64,000 nt of DNA from the human T2T-CHM13v2.0 reference genome, Homo sapiens. The DNA lies in the NCBI RefSeq assembly GCF_009914755.1, contig NC_060939.1; one strand, written 5' to 3'. The notes beneath the pieces were generated by a model. It did no database searches and was not told the origin of the DNA. It was given only the letters and a program-made list of their open reading frames with translations. This document shows positions 18,597 to 32,820 of this stretch, piece by piece (position 1 is the stretch's first letter; each line of letters starts with the position of its first letter). The translations under genes and the position numbers were made by a program.

Positions 18597-19022
18597 AAGG
18601 AAAAGTGTAAAATAATGAAATTTGATTCTTATATCATTTATAAAAATTAACTTAAAAAAGATAATAGACCTGAATATAAGACCTGAAACTTTAAAACTCC
18701 TAGAAGAAAACACAGAGGGAAAGCCTCCTGACATTGGACTTGGCAATACTTTCCTGGATATGATACAAAAAACACAGGTAATAAAAGCAAAAATAGACAA
18801 ATGGGACTATATCAAACTTAAACCCTGTGCATCAAATAAAACAATCAAGAAAGTAAAACGCAACCTACAGAATGGAAGAAATATTTGCAAACCATTTGAT
18901 TGTTAAGGACTTAATATCTAGAATATATAAAGAACATTTACAGCTCAACAACAATAAAAACGCATAACCTGATTAAAAAATGGACAAATGACTTGAGCAG
19001 ACATTTCTCCAAATAAAATATA

Positions 19023-19570
19023 TGTGATGGTTAATTTTATGTGTCACCTTGACTAGAGTAAGGATTGTCTAGAGAACTAATAAAGCAATATTTGTAGGTG
19101 TGTTTGTGAGGGTGTTTCCAGAGGAGATTGGTGTGCAAGTCAGTGGACCATATAGGGAAGATCCACCCTCACTGTGGGCAGGCACCCCAGGCAGCTGGGG
19201 TCTGGAAAGAACAAAAAAGGCAGTAAAGAGGCAAGTATCTCTTTTTCTCTCCTAGAGCTGGGGCACCCTTCTTCTCTTGCTCTTGGACATCAGAACTCCA
19301 GTCTCTCCAGCCTTTGGAGTCCAGGACTTATGCTAGTGGTCCCCTGGGTTCTCAGGCCTTCAGCCTCGAACTGAGATTTACATCATCAGCTTCCTAAATT
19401 CTGAGGCTTTTGGACTTGGACTGAGCAACCCTATTGGCTTTCAGGAGTCTCCAGCTTGCAGACAGCCTATTGTGGGACTTCTCACTCTCCATAATCATGT
19501 AAGCGAGTTCCCCTAATAAATCCCCCATCTATCTATTATCCATCCATCTCTCACTGGTTTTACCTCTCTA
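19023..19570 (+). mobile_element. MLT2 (ERVL) LTR
   Basis: Starts tgtgatggttaattttatgtgtcaccttgact and contains gtctccagcttgcagacagcctattgtgggacttctc. Confidence 0.9.
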
Positions 19571-19961
19571 AGTATATGAAAAGATGCACAGCATCACTAG
19601 TCATCAGAAAAATGCAAATGAAAACCACAGTGAAATACTGCTTCACACCCCTTAGGAGGACCACTGTAAAAAAACAAAAAACAAAAAACAAAACAAAAAA
19701 CAGAAAATAACAAGTGTTGGCAAGAATGTAGAAAAATTGGAACCAGTACGGCAATTCCTCGAGAAATTAAAAATAGAAGTATCATATGATCCAGCAACCT
19801 GACTTCTGAGTATAGATTCAAAATTGAAAACAGGCTTTCAAAGTGATGTTTGCACACCCATGCTTATTGCAGCAAAATTCACAATAGCCAAGATGTGGAA
19901 ACAACTTAAATGTCTATGGACAGATGAATGGATAAGCAAGTGTGGTATACACATACAATGG

Positions 19962-20357
19962 TGTATGAGTCATTTCTCACACTGTTATAAAGAAATACCC
20001 AAGATTGGGTAATTTATAAAGAAGAAAAGTTTAATTGCCTCACAGTTCTGCAGGCTGTGCAGGAAACATGGTGGCTTCTGCTTCCAAGGGGGCCTCAAGG
20101 AAACTTACAATCATGGTGGAAGGCAAATTGGGAGCAGGTATGTCTTACAGGGCCCAGGCAGGAGCAAGAGAGAGAGGGGAAGTGCTACACTTTTAAACAA
20201 CCAGATCTTCCAAGTACTCACTCACTATCATGAGACCAACACCAAGGAAGAAATCTGTCCCCATGATCCAATCACCTCCTACCAGGCACTGCCTCCAATA
20301 CTGGGAATTAGAATTCAACGTGAAATTTGGGTGGGGACACAGACCCAAACCATATCA
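19962..20357 (-). mobile_element. MSTA-like solo LTR
   Basis: Ends ccaaaccatatca. Perfect TSD aatgg at 19957-19961 and 20358-20362. Confidence 0.92.
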
Positions 20358-20868
20358 AATGGAATATTATCCATTCTTTTAAAAAAAGACATGTTGTCTT
20401 ATACTACAACATCCATGAACCTTGAAGACATTATGCTAAGCAAAATAAGCTAGTCACAAAAAGGCAAGTCTTGCATGATTCTACTTATATAGGGGTATCT
20501 AAAGTAGTTAAACTCTTAGAAAGTAGAATGGTGATTGCCAGGACCTGGGAAGAGAGAGGAAAAGGATCATTGTTTTTCAGTGGGTATAGAGCTGCAGTTT
20601 GCAAGATTTTTCTTACCACAATTAAGAAAAATCATGTCTCTCGCACAACATGTGTAGGGATAAAAGTACAAAATATTTTGTAATGTTAAGAAACTTCAAT
20701 ATTAGGAGGAATTAACCATGTTTATGGATTGCAAGGCTCAGTATCCTAAAGGTCAATTTATCATAAATTCATCTTTAGATTTAATGTAACCTCAGTCAAA
20801 ATTTCAACAGGTTTTTTGGTAGAACTTCAGAAGCTTATTCTAAATTTTATATAGAAATGCCAAGGACC

Positions 20869-21188
20869 GGCCGCGGGCGGTGGCTCACGCCTGTCATCCC
20901 AGCACTTTGGGAGTCCGAGGCGGGCAGATCACAAGGTCAGGAGATCAAGACCATCCTGGCTAACACGGTGAAACCCCGTCTCTACTAAAAAATACAGAAA
21001 AATTAGCCAGGCGTGGTGGCGGGCGCCTGTAGTCCCAGCTACTCGGGAGGCTGAGGCAGGAGAATGGCATGAACCCAGGAGGCTTGCAGTGAGCCGAGAT
21101 CGCGCCACTGCAGTCTGGCCTGGGCGAAAGAGTGAGACTCTATCTCAAAAAAAAAAAAAAAAAAAAAAAAGAAAAAGAAAAAGAAAAA
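20869..21188 (+). mobile_element. AluY, CpG-rich, long A tail, small internal deletion
   Basis: Diagnostic gaccatcctggctaacacggtg. Flanking repeat agaaatgcca. Confidence 0.93.
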
Positions 21189-21599
21189 GAAATGCCACAG
21201 ACCAAATATAACCAGGACATTCTTGAAGATATAGTGGAAGAAAGTAGCAAGATTTGCTCTACCAGAGTTCAAATTTACCATAAAACTAATTTACTATGAA
21301 ACTATCATTATTCAGACAATGTGTAGTTGGCAAGATGATCTACATAATTTGCAGGACTCATACAAAATGAAAATGCAAGGCTCCTTGCTCACAAACTATT
21401 AAGAATTTTGGGACAGCACCCCTAACGCATTAAGTCAAGTACAGGAGTCTTCTAAGGATGGGGCGCTGTACAGTGCTGCATTCTGTATGTTCATTTAATT
21501 GATGACAAAAAGTGACAGTGCAGAGCAGCAGGGAAAGGACAGCGTTTTCAGTGCAGCGTTTTCAGGTGGAAAAAAATGATAGACTTAAAACCATGAGAA

Positions 21600-21965
21600 G
21601 TCCCTAAAAAGGAAGGGAATTCTGACACTTGGTACTACACAGATGAACGTTGAAGACACTATGCTAATGAAATAAGCCAGATACAAAAGGGCAAATAATG
21701 CCCGATTCCGCTTACATATGATACCAAGAATGGTGAGATTCATAGAGATGGAAAGCAGAATAGCAGATGCCAGGGGCTGGAAGAGGGGGGAATAGTGAAT
21801 TATTATTTAATAGGTACAGAATTTGTCTTTGGGAAACTGAAAGTGTTGTGGAGATGGATAGTGGTAAAGGCTGCACAATAATATGAGTGAACTTAAAGCC
21901 ACTGACTTGTACACTTAAAAATAGTTAAAATGGTAAATGTTATGTATATTTTACCAGAATTAAAT
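21600..21965 (+). mobile_element. L1MB-like 3' end
   Basis: ctatgctaatgaaataagccagatacaaaagggcaaata...gttaaaatggtaaatgttatgtatattttacca. Confidence 0.8.
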
Positions 21966-22030
21966 AAAGATGAAAAGCAAAACAATGTATCTGTAGAAGA
22001 AAATACAGGAGACTAACTTTATGATCTTAG

Positions 22031-22379
<349 letters not shown>

Positions 22380-22677
22380 TGATTCTTTTATTTTAAATTA
22401 AAGATCATGCTCTGTTGCCTTGGTTGGAAGGGGAAGATTGTTAAACAAGGTCCAAACAGCACTAATGATAAAGGAGACATTTGATAATTTTGATTCATTA
22501 GAATTAAGAAACTTTTCTTCATCAAAGGACACTATTAAGAGAGTGAAAAGCTAAGTCACAAAGTGAAAGAAGATATTTGCAGTACATACACCCAGCAAAG
22601 AGGTCATATCTAGATATATAAAGTACACCTAAAAATCAATAAGAGAGAGAACAATGAGTAAAAGGGGAAAAAATGGG

Positions 22678-23046
22678 TGTCTTAGTCTGTGTCATGCTGC
22701 TATCACAGTACACCAAGGATTGGGTAATTTATAAAGAACAGAAATTAATTTTCCTACAGTTCTGGAGGCTGGTAAGTCAAGATTAAAGGGCCGGCATCTG
22801 GCAAGGGTCTTCTTGCTGCATCACGACATGTTGGAAGGCATCACATGGTGGAAGGGCAAAGAGAGGGTGAGGGAGAGAGTAAAATACCCTTGAAAACAAA
22901 CCCACTTCCATGATAATGGCACAAATTCATTCACTCTGCCCTCGTGGCCTAACCACCTCTCCTTAAGGCCCCACCTCTCAACACTGTTGCTTTGGGGATT
23001 AAATTTCCAACATATACTTTCTAGGGGACACATTCAAAGGTTAGCA
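22678..23046 (-). mobile_element. MST-family solo LTR
   Basis: Runs tgtcttagtctg...gggacacattcaaaggttagca. Near-TSD atggg/atgga. Confidence 0.85.
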
Positions 23047-23315
23047 ATGGACAAAATGTTTCAACAAGTTGAAAGAGAAGATATCTAAATGGCCAATAAA
23101 CATGTAAATGTTCCTTAATCATGTAAATTCAAATCACAATGAGATCATTCCATATTCTGAAAGTCTGACAGTGCCAAGTATTGGTGAGACCTTGAAGTCA
23201 TAGGCACTCAGAACACTGCTGGTGGTAGAATCTCCATTCTTTGGAGGAGGATGTAACAGTATCCACTAAAGCTGAAGACAAGTACACTCATGAGCCTCCA
23301 ATTCATCATAGCCCC

Positions 23316-23694
23316 TGCTACGGACTGAGTATATATGCACCACCCCAATTCATACGTTGAAATTCTAACCCCCAAGGTGATGGTATTTGGAGATGGGGCA
23401 TGCAGCAGATGATTAGGTCATACGGGTGGACCTCTCAGGTGGAGTTAGTGACCTTAAAAAAAGAGACACAAAAGAGCTTGCTGCCTCTTTCTCTCACTCC
23501 ACCATGTGTGGACACAATGAGAAGATGGCAGTCTACAACCTGGAAGCGAGCCCTCACCGAGAACCCAACTATCCTGGCACCTTGATCTCAGACTTACAGC
23601 CTCCAGAACTGTGAAAAATAAGTGCTTGTTGTTTAAGCCATCCAGTGTGTGGTATTATTATTTTTTATTATCTCAGCCCACACTGACTAAGACA
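23316..23694 (+). mobile_element. MLT1A/B MaLR solo LTR
   Basis: Runs tgctacggactgagt...ctgactaagaca and contains cagcctccagaactgtga. Confidence 0.85.
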
Positions 23695-23818
23695 GCTCTC
23701 AAATGGAAACAACAGAAATGTCCACCAACAGTAGGATGGACTAAAAAATGTATATTCATATAATGGATTTTATGCTGCAGCAAAAATGAATTGCAAATGC
23801 CTACAGCAACATGGTTAA

Positions 23819-24113
<295 letters not shown>

Positions 24114-24800
24114 CCAAATCTTAAAAGCATAATCTTGAGAGAAAGAAGCCAGATCTCAAACCATGCAAACACTGCACGATTCAATTTCTATACCCTGCGA
24201 AGACTTGCGGATGCGACCTTATCATTTAGGGACGCTTGCTTATGTGGTCAACTCTAAAGCAACGGAAGGAAGGAAGTGTTGACTGGGAATGCCAGGTGGC
24301 AGAGATCTGGGGAAGGGCACGGGGATGGAGGAGGTGGGATACAGATGGATGCAAGTGGTGGCTACACAGGTGTTTGCTTTACAACAACTTGCTAAGTTGA
24401 ACATTTGCATTTTAAACATTTTTCTGGATGTATGTTATATTTCACAATAAGGAGGAAGACTAGAGAGAAAGGAGGAGAGAAATCAGAGCACTTACAAAAC
24501 CTTTCAGGTCGTTTTGCTGAAAAAGGAAGGTTGCTGGAAGGGGAAGTGAAGTTGAGAATTTTTTTTCCTGGAGCTCTTGCACTGGAAAGGGGGCTCCTTC
24601 CTGACCGCCTCTCTCTGCTCCCTGTTTTCCTATCTAGACATGGCCTCTGCCCTCCGTAGAAGGTTCCATACCAGCCAACCGGGCCACACCTTCTCCTATA
24701 CCTGGTCATTTTCTTTCTCTGTCTCCTTCCCTCCCTCCCTCCCTCCCTTTTCTTGATTCCTCCCTTTTCTTGCTTTCTTTCTTGTTCTCTCTTTCTTTCC

Positions 24801-25098
<298 letters not shown>

Positions 25099-25179
25099 GT
25101 CATTTCCATTTGAAGCTGGATATTGTGAATTTTACCATGCTGGATGCTGGATATTTTTGTATTATTATAAATAATCTTA

Positions 25180-25414
25180 GGCTGGGTGCGGTAGCTCATG
25201 CCTGTAATCCCAACACTTTGGGAGGCCGAGGCAGGCGGATAACTTGAGGCCAGGAGTTCAAGACCAGCCTGGCCAACATGGTGAAACCCCATCTCTACTA
25301 AAAATACAAAAATTAGCTGGAATGGTGGCACATGCCTGATTCCAGCGCCCACTGCACTCCAGCCTGGGCGACAGAGCGAGACTCTGCCTCAAAACAAAGC
25401 AGAAAAATAAACAC
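25180..25414 (+). mobile_element. Alu with internal deletion in the right arm
   Basis: TSD ataaataatctt at 25167-25178 and 25415-25426. Confidence 0.9.
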
Positions 25415-26459
25415 ATAAATAATCTTGAGCTTTTTTTCTGAGATACAATGAAGCTACTGAGAAACTGTTTGATCTTGTTGGGTCTTGCTTTTATGATTTG
25501 TTAGGTGGGCGTGGAGCAGTGCTTAGTCCAGGGCTGAGTTTAGGCTACCCACTGAGTACTGTGCCCAATGGCCAGTGAATCAGGAGTTATGCGTTCTGGC
25601 TGGTGGGAGCCCCCTGGGAGCTCCAGCTGCTGTTCTTTACTTCCATGCGGTGGCTTTTCCCTGGCCCCAGGCAGTTTCTCCACACACATGAGGTGAATAA
25701 CCGAGGAGTCCCTTTGCAGATGTCCAGGGCTGTGTTTTGCCAGCTCTCTCTGTTTAGGTCCTCTGTCCTAAAAACCCTAGCCACCTTGGTCTCCCTGGGC
25801 TGTCAGCTGTGTTCCCTTCTCTCAGGGAGTCCACTCTCTTCCACCAGGGTCCCCCCCTTCCCCAGTCCCTGTGTGCTCTGCACCCTGTACATGCGATCAG
25901 GGCAGTGAGCCAGGACTGTTGAAGGACTCACCTGTTTCCCACCTCCCGTTCTACTGAAGGCTATGGGCTAGGATGCCCGTCCAGCCTGTGGGCTCAGACT
26001 ATGGCACCTTTGTGGGCCCCAGGGAATGTCATCTCAAAGATACCTCTGCCCTGAGAGCCCAGCCCTGTGAGGTCTCCCTGAGCCCTTGGTCTGGAAACAG
26101 TGGTGCCCCTGTGTGGGCTGACACTGACTGGCCACTCAGGCTCCATGCAAGGGACATCAGTCCCACGCCAGTCCCTGGCAGCCGAGGCCACAGCTGCCCC
26201 ACAGCCGCTCTTGCCCCTCCTGCAAAAGGTGTGGTTTGCCTAGCTCAGGGTCTTAGCTGCCCTCGCCATGTGAAGAATCTTCTGGCCCCAGACCACCAGG
26301 AGACACCACCCCTCACATTTCTTTTTTGAGCACCTGCCAGATGTAGGAAATCTTTTTAGAACTAAGAGAAGATGGAGAGAGAACAGCCAAGTCCTACCCC
26401 AGAGAGATTCCCACCTAGTGGAGGGTAAGAGGCCTGCCATCATTGCCACTGGTGGTACA

Positions 26460-26605
26460 ATGCTGGTGCCAGGACTGTGTGCCAGGCTCGTTGCTTCGCG
26501 TCCGTTACTTCATCTCAGCAGACAACTCTCAATATCCCCATTCTACGGATGGGGAAATGAGGCTCAGAGAGGTAAATGACTTGCTCAGGTTCACACAGCT
26601 GCACA
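26460..26605. mobile_element. MIR SINE
   Basis: MIR core cccattctacggatggggaaatgaggctcagagaggtaaatgacttgctcaggttcacacagct. Confidence 0.85.
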
Positions 26606-27716
26606 CAGCTGGACATACAGCTGCCCACACAGTAAAATGCAGGATCAGTGGCAGCAGGAGAGAGACTTGCCAGTTGGAGAGCCAGGAAGGTGCACAGAGG
26701 AGGTGGCATTGAGCTGGCTCTGGGGATGGGCAGGCCTTTTATAGAGGACTGGGAAGAAGGGCCGGGAACCAACAGTACCCCCCAAGGGAGGTTCGAATCA
26801 GGTGCTTGCCCCCAGTTGAGCCAGAGTTGGGGTGTGGAAAGGCTTGGAAAGCAGGAGAGGCTGTGGATGGAGGTGGGAGAGGCTTGGTACTGGGTCTTTG
26901 CTATCTCAGGGGCGTGGAAGGGACTTTTGAGTTTGAGAATGACGTGTCTGGAGCTCCCTGGTTCCACGGGGCTGGACCTGCTAGGGCCTGAAGCGGGTTA
27001 AGAGCAGAAATCAAAAACAGGTTTGTTTGTGAGTCAGTAGCTGGGAAAATACTGGGAAGCAGGCTTCTTGGAGCTCCCCTTCATCCTCAGCCCTGTGGAT
27101 TGGGCAGCAGCCCACGCCTCCCTGCCCCAGCCACAGCCCCCCGTCAATGCCGGCGCGCAGCAGCTTTTGCTCATCCTGCCCTGGTTCCAACCCCAAGGCC
27201 ATGGGGCAGCCCACTGGGCGCCTTCCTGCATGGGTGTCCCCCTTTGCTGCTGTGTCTAGACTGCAGACACAAGTGCTGGCGGGGGCCGGGGGACTGGCCA
27301 AAACTAGGGCTGAAATCATGTTCAAAACCACAGTCAAGGCGGACTTGTCAGAAATATTCCTTTCCTTGAGCCGTCGCAGCTCAGCCTCCTTGAATCACCC
27401 TGGCCACTTCCTTCCTGTGTATATCTTATGCACGCTAAGGGACGGGGCGGGTGCAACGTGTGTGTTTTTACTTCTTTTAAGTTTTGTCTATGTTTTGTCC
27501 TTTCAATGTGTTGTAGGCTGTGGGGGCGGGGCTGTTCCGAGGGGCCTTTGTCACAGTAAGGGACACTGGGGACAGCTCGGGCTTTCTCTTCAAGCTGAAA
27601 ACCTTTGGTTGTGAGAATGACTAGGAGAAGGGTCTCGCTAGGGTCATGCTTAGGACCCTTCGCAGGTGGTGTGTTTAATCTCAAAACGGCCTCAAGAGGC
27701 TCTCGATCTTTTACAG

Positions 27717-27982
27717 GTGACAAAGAAGACAAGGAAGACAAGGAAGGTGATCCGGGAGGCTGGAGAGCTTGTCAAGGTCACAGACCCACGGTTTTCCGCC
27801 CCCTAGGGTCCAAGCTCTTTCCTGGACATCTGCAGGCAATGTCGACACGCCCTCCAGTGTCTGTGGCGGGCAAAGGATGTGTCTCCACCCCCAGACCTTC
27901 CGATCCTGTGCTGAAAGTGTCCCTCAGCCTGTTTCCTGAGAAGCCCAGGGGCTTTTGGCTTGTTACTTTTTCTTTCTCTTGA
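27717..27982 (+). CDS. KLF13: Candidate coding part of an alternative terminal exon (88 codons, GDKEDKEDKEGDPGGW...WLVTFSFS*), likely the distal last exon of KLF13
   Basis: Acceptor tctcgatcttttacag|G at 27716/27717, phase 1 (G|GT). Frame is open to TGA 27980-27982. AATAAA at 27992-27997. The KLF13 assignment is inferred from recalled locus context and splice phase; the upstream exon is outside the window. Confidence 0.6.
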
Positions 27983-27991
27983 AGTAAACAG

Positions 27992-28026
27992 AATAAAAGA
28001 GAGTTGCTCAGACGTCTTTGGCTGTG
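27992..28026 (+). terminator. Polyadenylation signal with downstream GU-rich element
   Basis: AATAAA at 27992-27997 followed by gtctttggctgtg at about 28014-28026. Confidence 0.55.
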
Positions 28027-29821
28027 ACCCACAGGAGATGATGCAATCTCCACGGCACCCCCACATGCATGTGTATGCACAGGCGTGTACAGATATCTAA
28101 AACTGGCACCAATTTCACAAAAACACTCACCCTTATGCGAGACACATTCACCCTACACTCATCCCCCATCTCTACAGAAAATTAAAGTATACATTCATAG
28201 TTGCTGTATTCATGCATGTACAGATGTATGTACATTTATTCATGTATGTGTATAACTTATGCCATTTTCATGAAACACTCACCCTACGTGTGATACACTC
28301 CTATTTTCTAGGAATCGCCGCCCACTGAGCTTATGTCCAAACCTTAGTGGATCATAGTCTAAGTTTGGCAAACACTGAGCCGGGAGGAGTCATGTCTGCA
28401 GGGCCCCAGGAGTCCCTTAATTTGGGTCCTGATCACTCTGCTCCACCCAGTGGAGCAGGCACATGCACTTGGCCCATAAGGAAGGAAAGGAGGGCGGGGG
28501 AAAAAGGGAGGGAGGGAGGGAGGGAGGGAAGGAGGGAGCACCTCCACCATCGTAGGCAGGACCTGTGAGAGCTGAACAGGGCCAGGCAGCTAGGCACCAC
28601 TCTGGGACTCTGGGGTTTCTTAGGGGATGACTTGTTTCTGGGGTCCCAGTAAGAGGAACTCAGGGTGACGCCTCCGAGGATGTGAGTGCATGTGGCAGCC
28701 GGGCCCCTCAGCCCCTCTGTGTCCTGGTATCCTCTAAATGCAGATGATGGTGAGAATCCATGCCCAGCCCGTGGCTCGGCCCATCTCTGGGAGAGCGTGT
28801 TTACCACAGCACTTGGTGTGGTAGGAGGTGAGCAGGGTGGAAGTGCTTTGCATTCACGTGGGACTTCTGGCTCTCAGTTCATCCCACCCCCAGGGCCCGG
28901 CATGAGTGAGGCAAGGGTGGGTGGGAGGGTGCAGGATGTGGGAATGCCATGTGCTGTGCACTGCTCACTTCACCCCTCGCTCGCCCCAGTTGGGGTCCCA
29001 GACCAGGAAGCTCCATTCACAGAGGTGTGGCCTGGGGCTACTGCACTGCCCAGCAGGTTGTGGGGTCCCTTTACTCTATGCTGTGTGACAATGTTACCTT
29101 CCTGGAAAGAACCCGACCAGCCCCCTTTTGCTAGTCATTACCACAGATAGGAGAGAGAACTAAATATCTAGCCAGCCATCCTCTCGGAGCTCCGGAGCTC
29201 AGGTCACCAGGCTTCAGGGACTCGCTGCCATCCTCACAGGCTTAGATCCCTGCTGCAGGGTCAGCTAGGTAACCCCTGAGGGTGGGGTGTTCAAAGTTCA
29301 GGCTGCCCCCCAGACGTGTGGAATGCCAGCCCTGACTGCCAGGGCGATCTGAGGTGGACTGACCATCCCCTGGACACTTTCATGAAGTGTGGGCACGGGC
29401 GCGACAAGTGGCCATTTATCATCCTTCCCTGCAAAGACTGGGCCAGGTTAGAGATGGACCCCAGCAGTTTCATACCCACCAAGGGCACTGGGAGCTTCCA
29501 CATAGTCACTGCCAGTAGTGGCTGCTGGCTGGGGAGAGGATCTTGGAATGCTGGTCACTGGAGGCCCTCACAGGTGACTGGGAATGTGGAGGAGCAGCAG
29601 GGTGCCTCTTCTCTGCCATGCCTTATGTTGGGGTTTGCTCTGGTTCCCCTCGCAGCCACTTACAGCTCCCCCATTGATGATGGGGCACTGCCAGCCCAAG
29701 GCCTGCCTCAAAGTCTAAATATCTGTGGGGTGGGGTGCAGGGAGGCGTGCACCCCAGAAAGCAATCCTGGGATCTCCCTTTCTACCTTAACCTTTCTTCC
29801 CACTCGGGGGCTTCCTCCCAT

Positions 29822-29958
29822 GAGTGTTGTCAGGTCTTAGCAAATAAAAATACAGGATACCCAGTTATATTTGAATTTCAAATAAAAATTTGAGTAAGAG
29901 TTTAGTATAAGCACATCCCAAATGTTGCATGGATGTTCTGCATTTTATCTGGCAGCTG
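29822..29958. mobile_element. MER53 hAT MITE, internally deleted
   Basis: ttagcaaataaaaatacaggatacccagttatatttgaatttca...tagtataag...cattttatctggcag matches the MER53 arms. Confidence 0.8.
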
Positions 29959-31288
29959 TACCTGCTAGACCTTGGGCTCTGTGGTCGGGTCTTTGGACAT
30001 GACATCTGCACGGGCTGGGGGCTGAGGCTGCTGGCCAGGGCGAGCCAGGGCAGGCCACCAGGCTGCAGAACCCACATGCAGAGAATGGATGTGAGGAGAA
30101 GGGGCCAGAGGAAACAGGCCCTGCAGGTGCAGGAGAGAGAAGCTGCACACGCTCCCAAGGACCCGAGAGCACTCATGTGGGTGGGCCGTGGTCTCCTGTG
30201 GCCTGCTAGGAAATCCCCCTCTGCCTGAGCTCACTTGAGAAGGTCTCTGTTTCCCAAACCCTGTCCCCCATTGCACCCAACCCTGCAGTGAGTCACGAGG
30301 AGCTCTCCCATGAGGGGCAGAGGAGGCTCACTCAGTGACCCCTGTGCCACCCCACGTCAGAGGAGATGGGGCTCTCTAGTGGTCCTAGGAGCACCTCATT
30401 TCTGTCACATCCCCACCCCTGGGCCCACAGGACATGAGCTTGAAGGGAAATGGGAAGACTGGGCATGAGAGGGAAGGGCCAGGATAGACACACCCCCAGC
30501 AGAAGGGCCTGTGTCTTCCTGCTCCCACACAGAGGCCGGGTAACTTGCTTTTTTTACTAACAGGTTGGCCTTAGGGGAAAAGGGGACCTCACCAAAGGAG
30601 TGCTACTAGTGGGTCAGCCTAGCTTAGGAGAATTCTGTGTTGGGCTTTGCACCAAAGACCAATTAGTAATTGGAATTTTTCATTTATAACTGAGGATATG
30701 GCTCAAGCTAGCTTAAACAGAGAGAGGACACGTATCGGCTGTGTAATGGGTCATAGCTTCAGGCACAGTTGGTTCTAGAAGCTCAAGTTGGATCTGTATT
30801 CTCTCTCTCTTTCTCTCTCTCCACAATTCTATTCTGTTTCCCCCCTTTTTAGGCTTCTTCCTCAGACCAGCTCTCCCAGCAGCAAGCTGATCATCAATAA
30901 CTCCAAGGTCAGAGAAGCTAGAGCTTCCAGAGCGGAGAGCTCAAGAAAGTCCCCATGGTCTTTCTGACTCCTCTCCCTTGGGTCATGTGCCCAGCCCCTT
31001 GGCTGGAGAGGCAGAACTGGGACCAGCCCAGTTCTTCACTCAGCCCAGTCACATCTTCACTCTTGTACAGGTAGGAGGTCCATGTACCAATGGGGAATGG
31101 GAGTGACCTCTGCAGGCCACACCCATGCTGAATTCTCTGCCTGCCTCCCGAGTGCATGTGTTCCTAAGTGAGGCTGAGTGCGGCTTCAGCTGATCTTAAG
31201 TACTTCACAAGAGACCTCTTCTCCATAGCACTCTGCGAGCACCCATTGTTGAGACTTCTAACAAGCCAATCAGATGGCCATGTAATTA

Positions 31289-31622
31289 CAGACAGTTTCC
31301 AACTTATGATGGTTCCACTTATAATTTTCCTGATTTTATAATGGTGAGAAAGCAATATGTATTCAGTAGGAAGCGGTAAGATACTCTCTCGATGCCGGAC
31401 ACCAGCCACGTGATCACGATGGTAAACGACCTTATAGGGGACTGTGCGGCCAGACAATTTGCCCAGCTGTAGGCTAAATGAGTGTTCTGAGCATGTGTAA
31501 GGTAGGCTGGGATATGATGCTCAGTAGGTTAGGTGTATTACATGCAATTTCACCTTATGAAATCTTCAACCTACAATGGGTTTATTGGGATGTGACCTCA
31601 TAGTAAGTCCAGGAGCACCTCT
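31289..31622 (-). mobile_element. MER47A-like TcMar-Tigger DNA transposon relic
   Basis: Reverse complement begins gtgctcctggacttactatgaggtcacatcccaataaacccattgtag...atacacctaacctac. Confidence 0.78.
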
Positions 31623-32227
31623 ATGCAGCTGACAGGTGACAGAGTGCAGCCCCAGGCAGCAAGCCAGCCTCCTGTGAAAGCAGGGTGTAGGTAGAATCAG
31701 TCCACAGGCTCCGGCCCTTTGCTGATGGAGACTTTCAGCGCCGACCCCATCTGACTCTCCTCTCCTTCCAGACCCCTGGGAGATGACACTCCTGAATCCC
31801 TCACAGGGAGCGAGGTCATGTCATGGATGAAGGCTATGTCACCTCCAGGGGGAGGCATTTACCCGCCAATCTGACTCTCCAGGTCCTCTCATTCTTCCCA
31901 CCCACAGTGACCATGGAGGAGGCCTCGGGTGGAGACCTGCCACCAGGGCGACTGCTCCTTCAAGAGTTGCCCATGTCTGAAGTGCACTTTATGTGAGGGG
32001 AAACGCACCTTCGCTGTGCTCAGCCTTGAGGTTAGGTGCTGTTTGGTGCTGCAGCACGTGTTGGCCTCCCCTGACACCTCAGCTATCCCTGGGCAATCTG
32101 AGGCCCCACCGCCCCCATGATAGCTCCTCTGCTCCTTCTCTCAGTCTCTTGGGATCTGCACCATGCCTCCCTCCTCTATCAAATATTCCTGGGCTGGCTG
32201 ATTGAAATACTAATATGAGCTAATATC

Positions 32228-32820
<593 letters not shown>

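Noticed and set aside
26410-26424. CTCF-like CCACTAGGTGGGA on the - strand
   Set aside because: Mismatch at the key GGC position, and it sits next to ancient repeat sequence.
29822-29958. Possible miR-1302-type hairpin from MER53
   Set aside because: Most of one palindromic arm is deleted, so the long hairpin cannot form.
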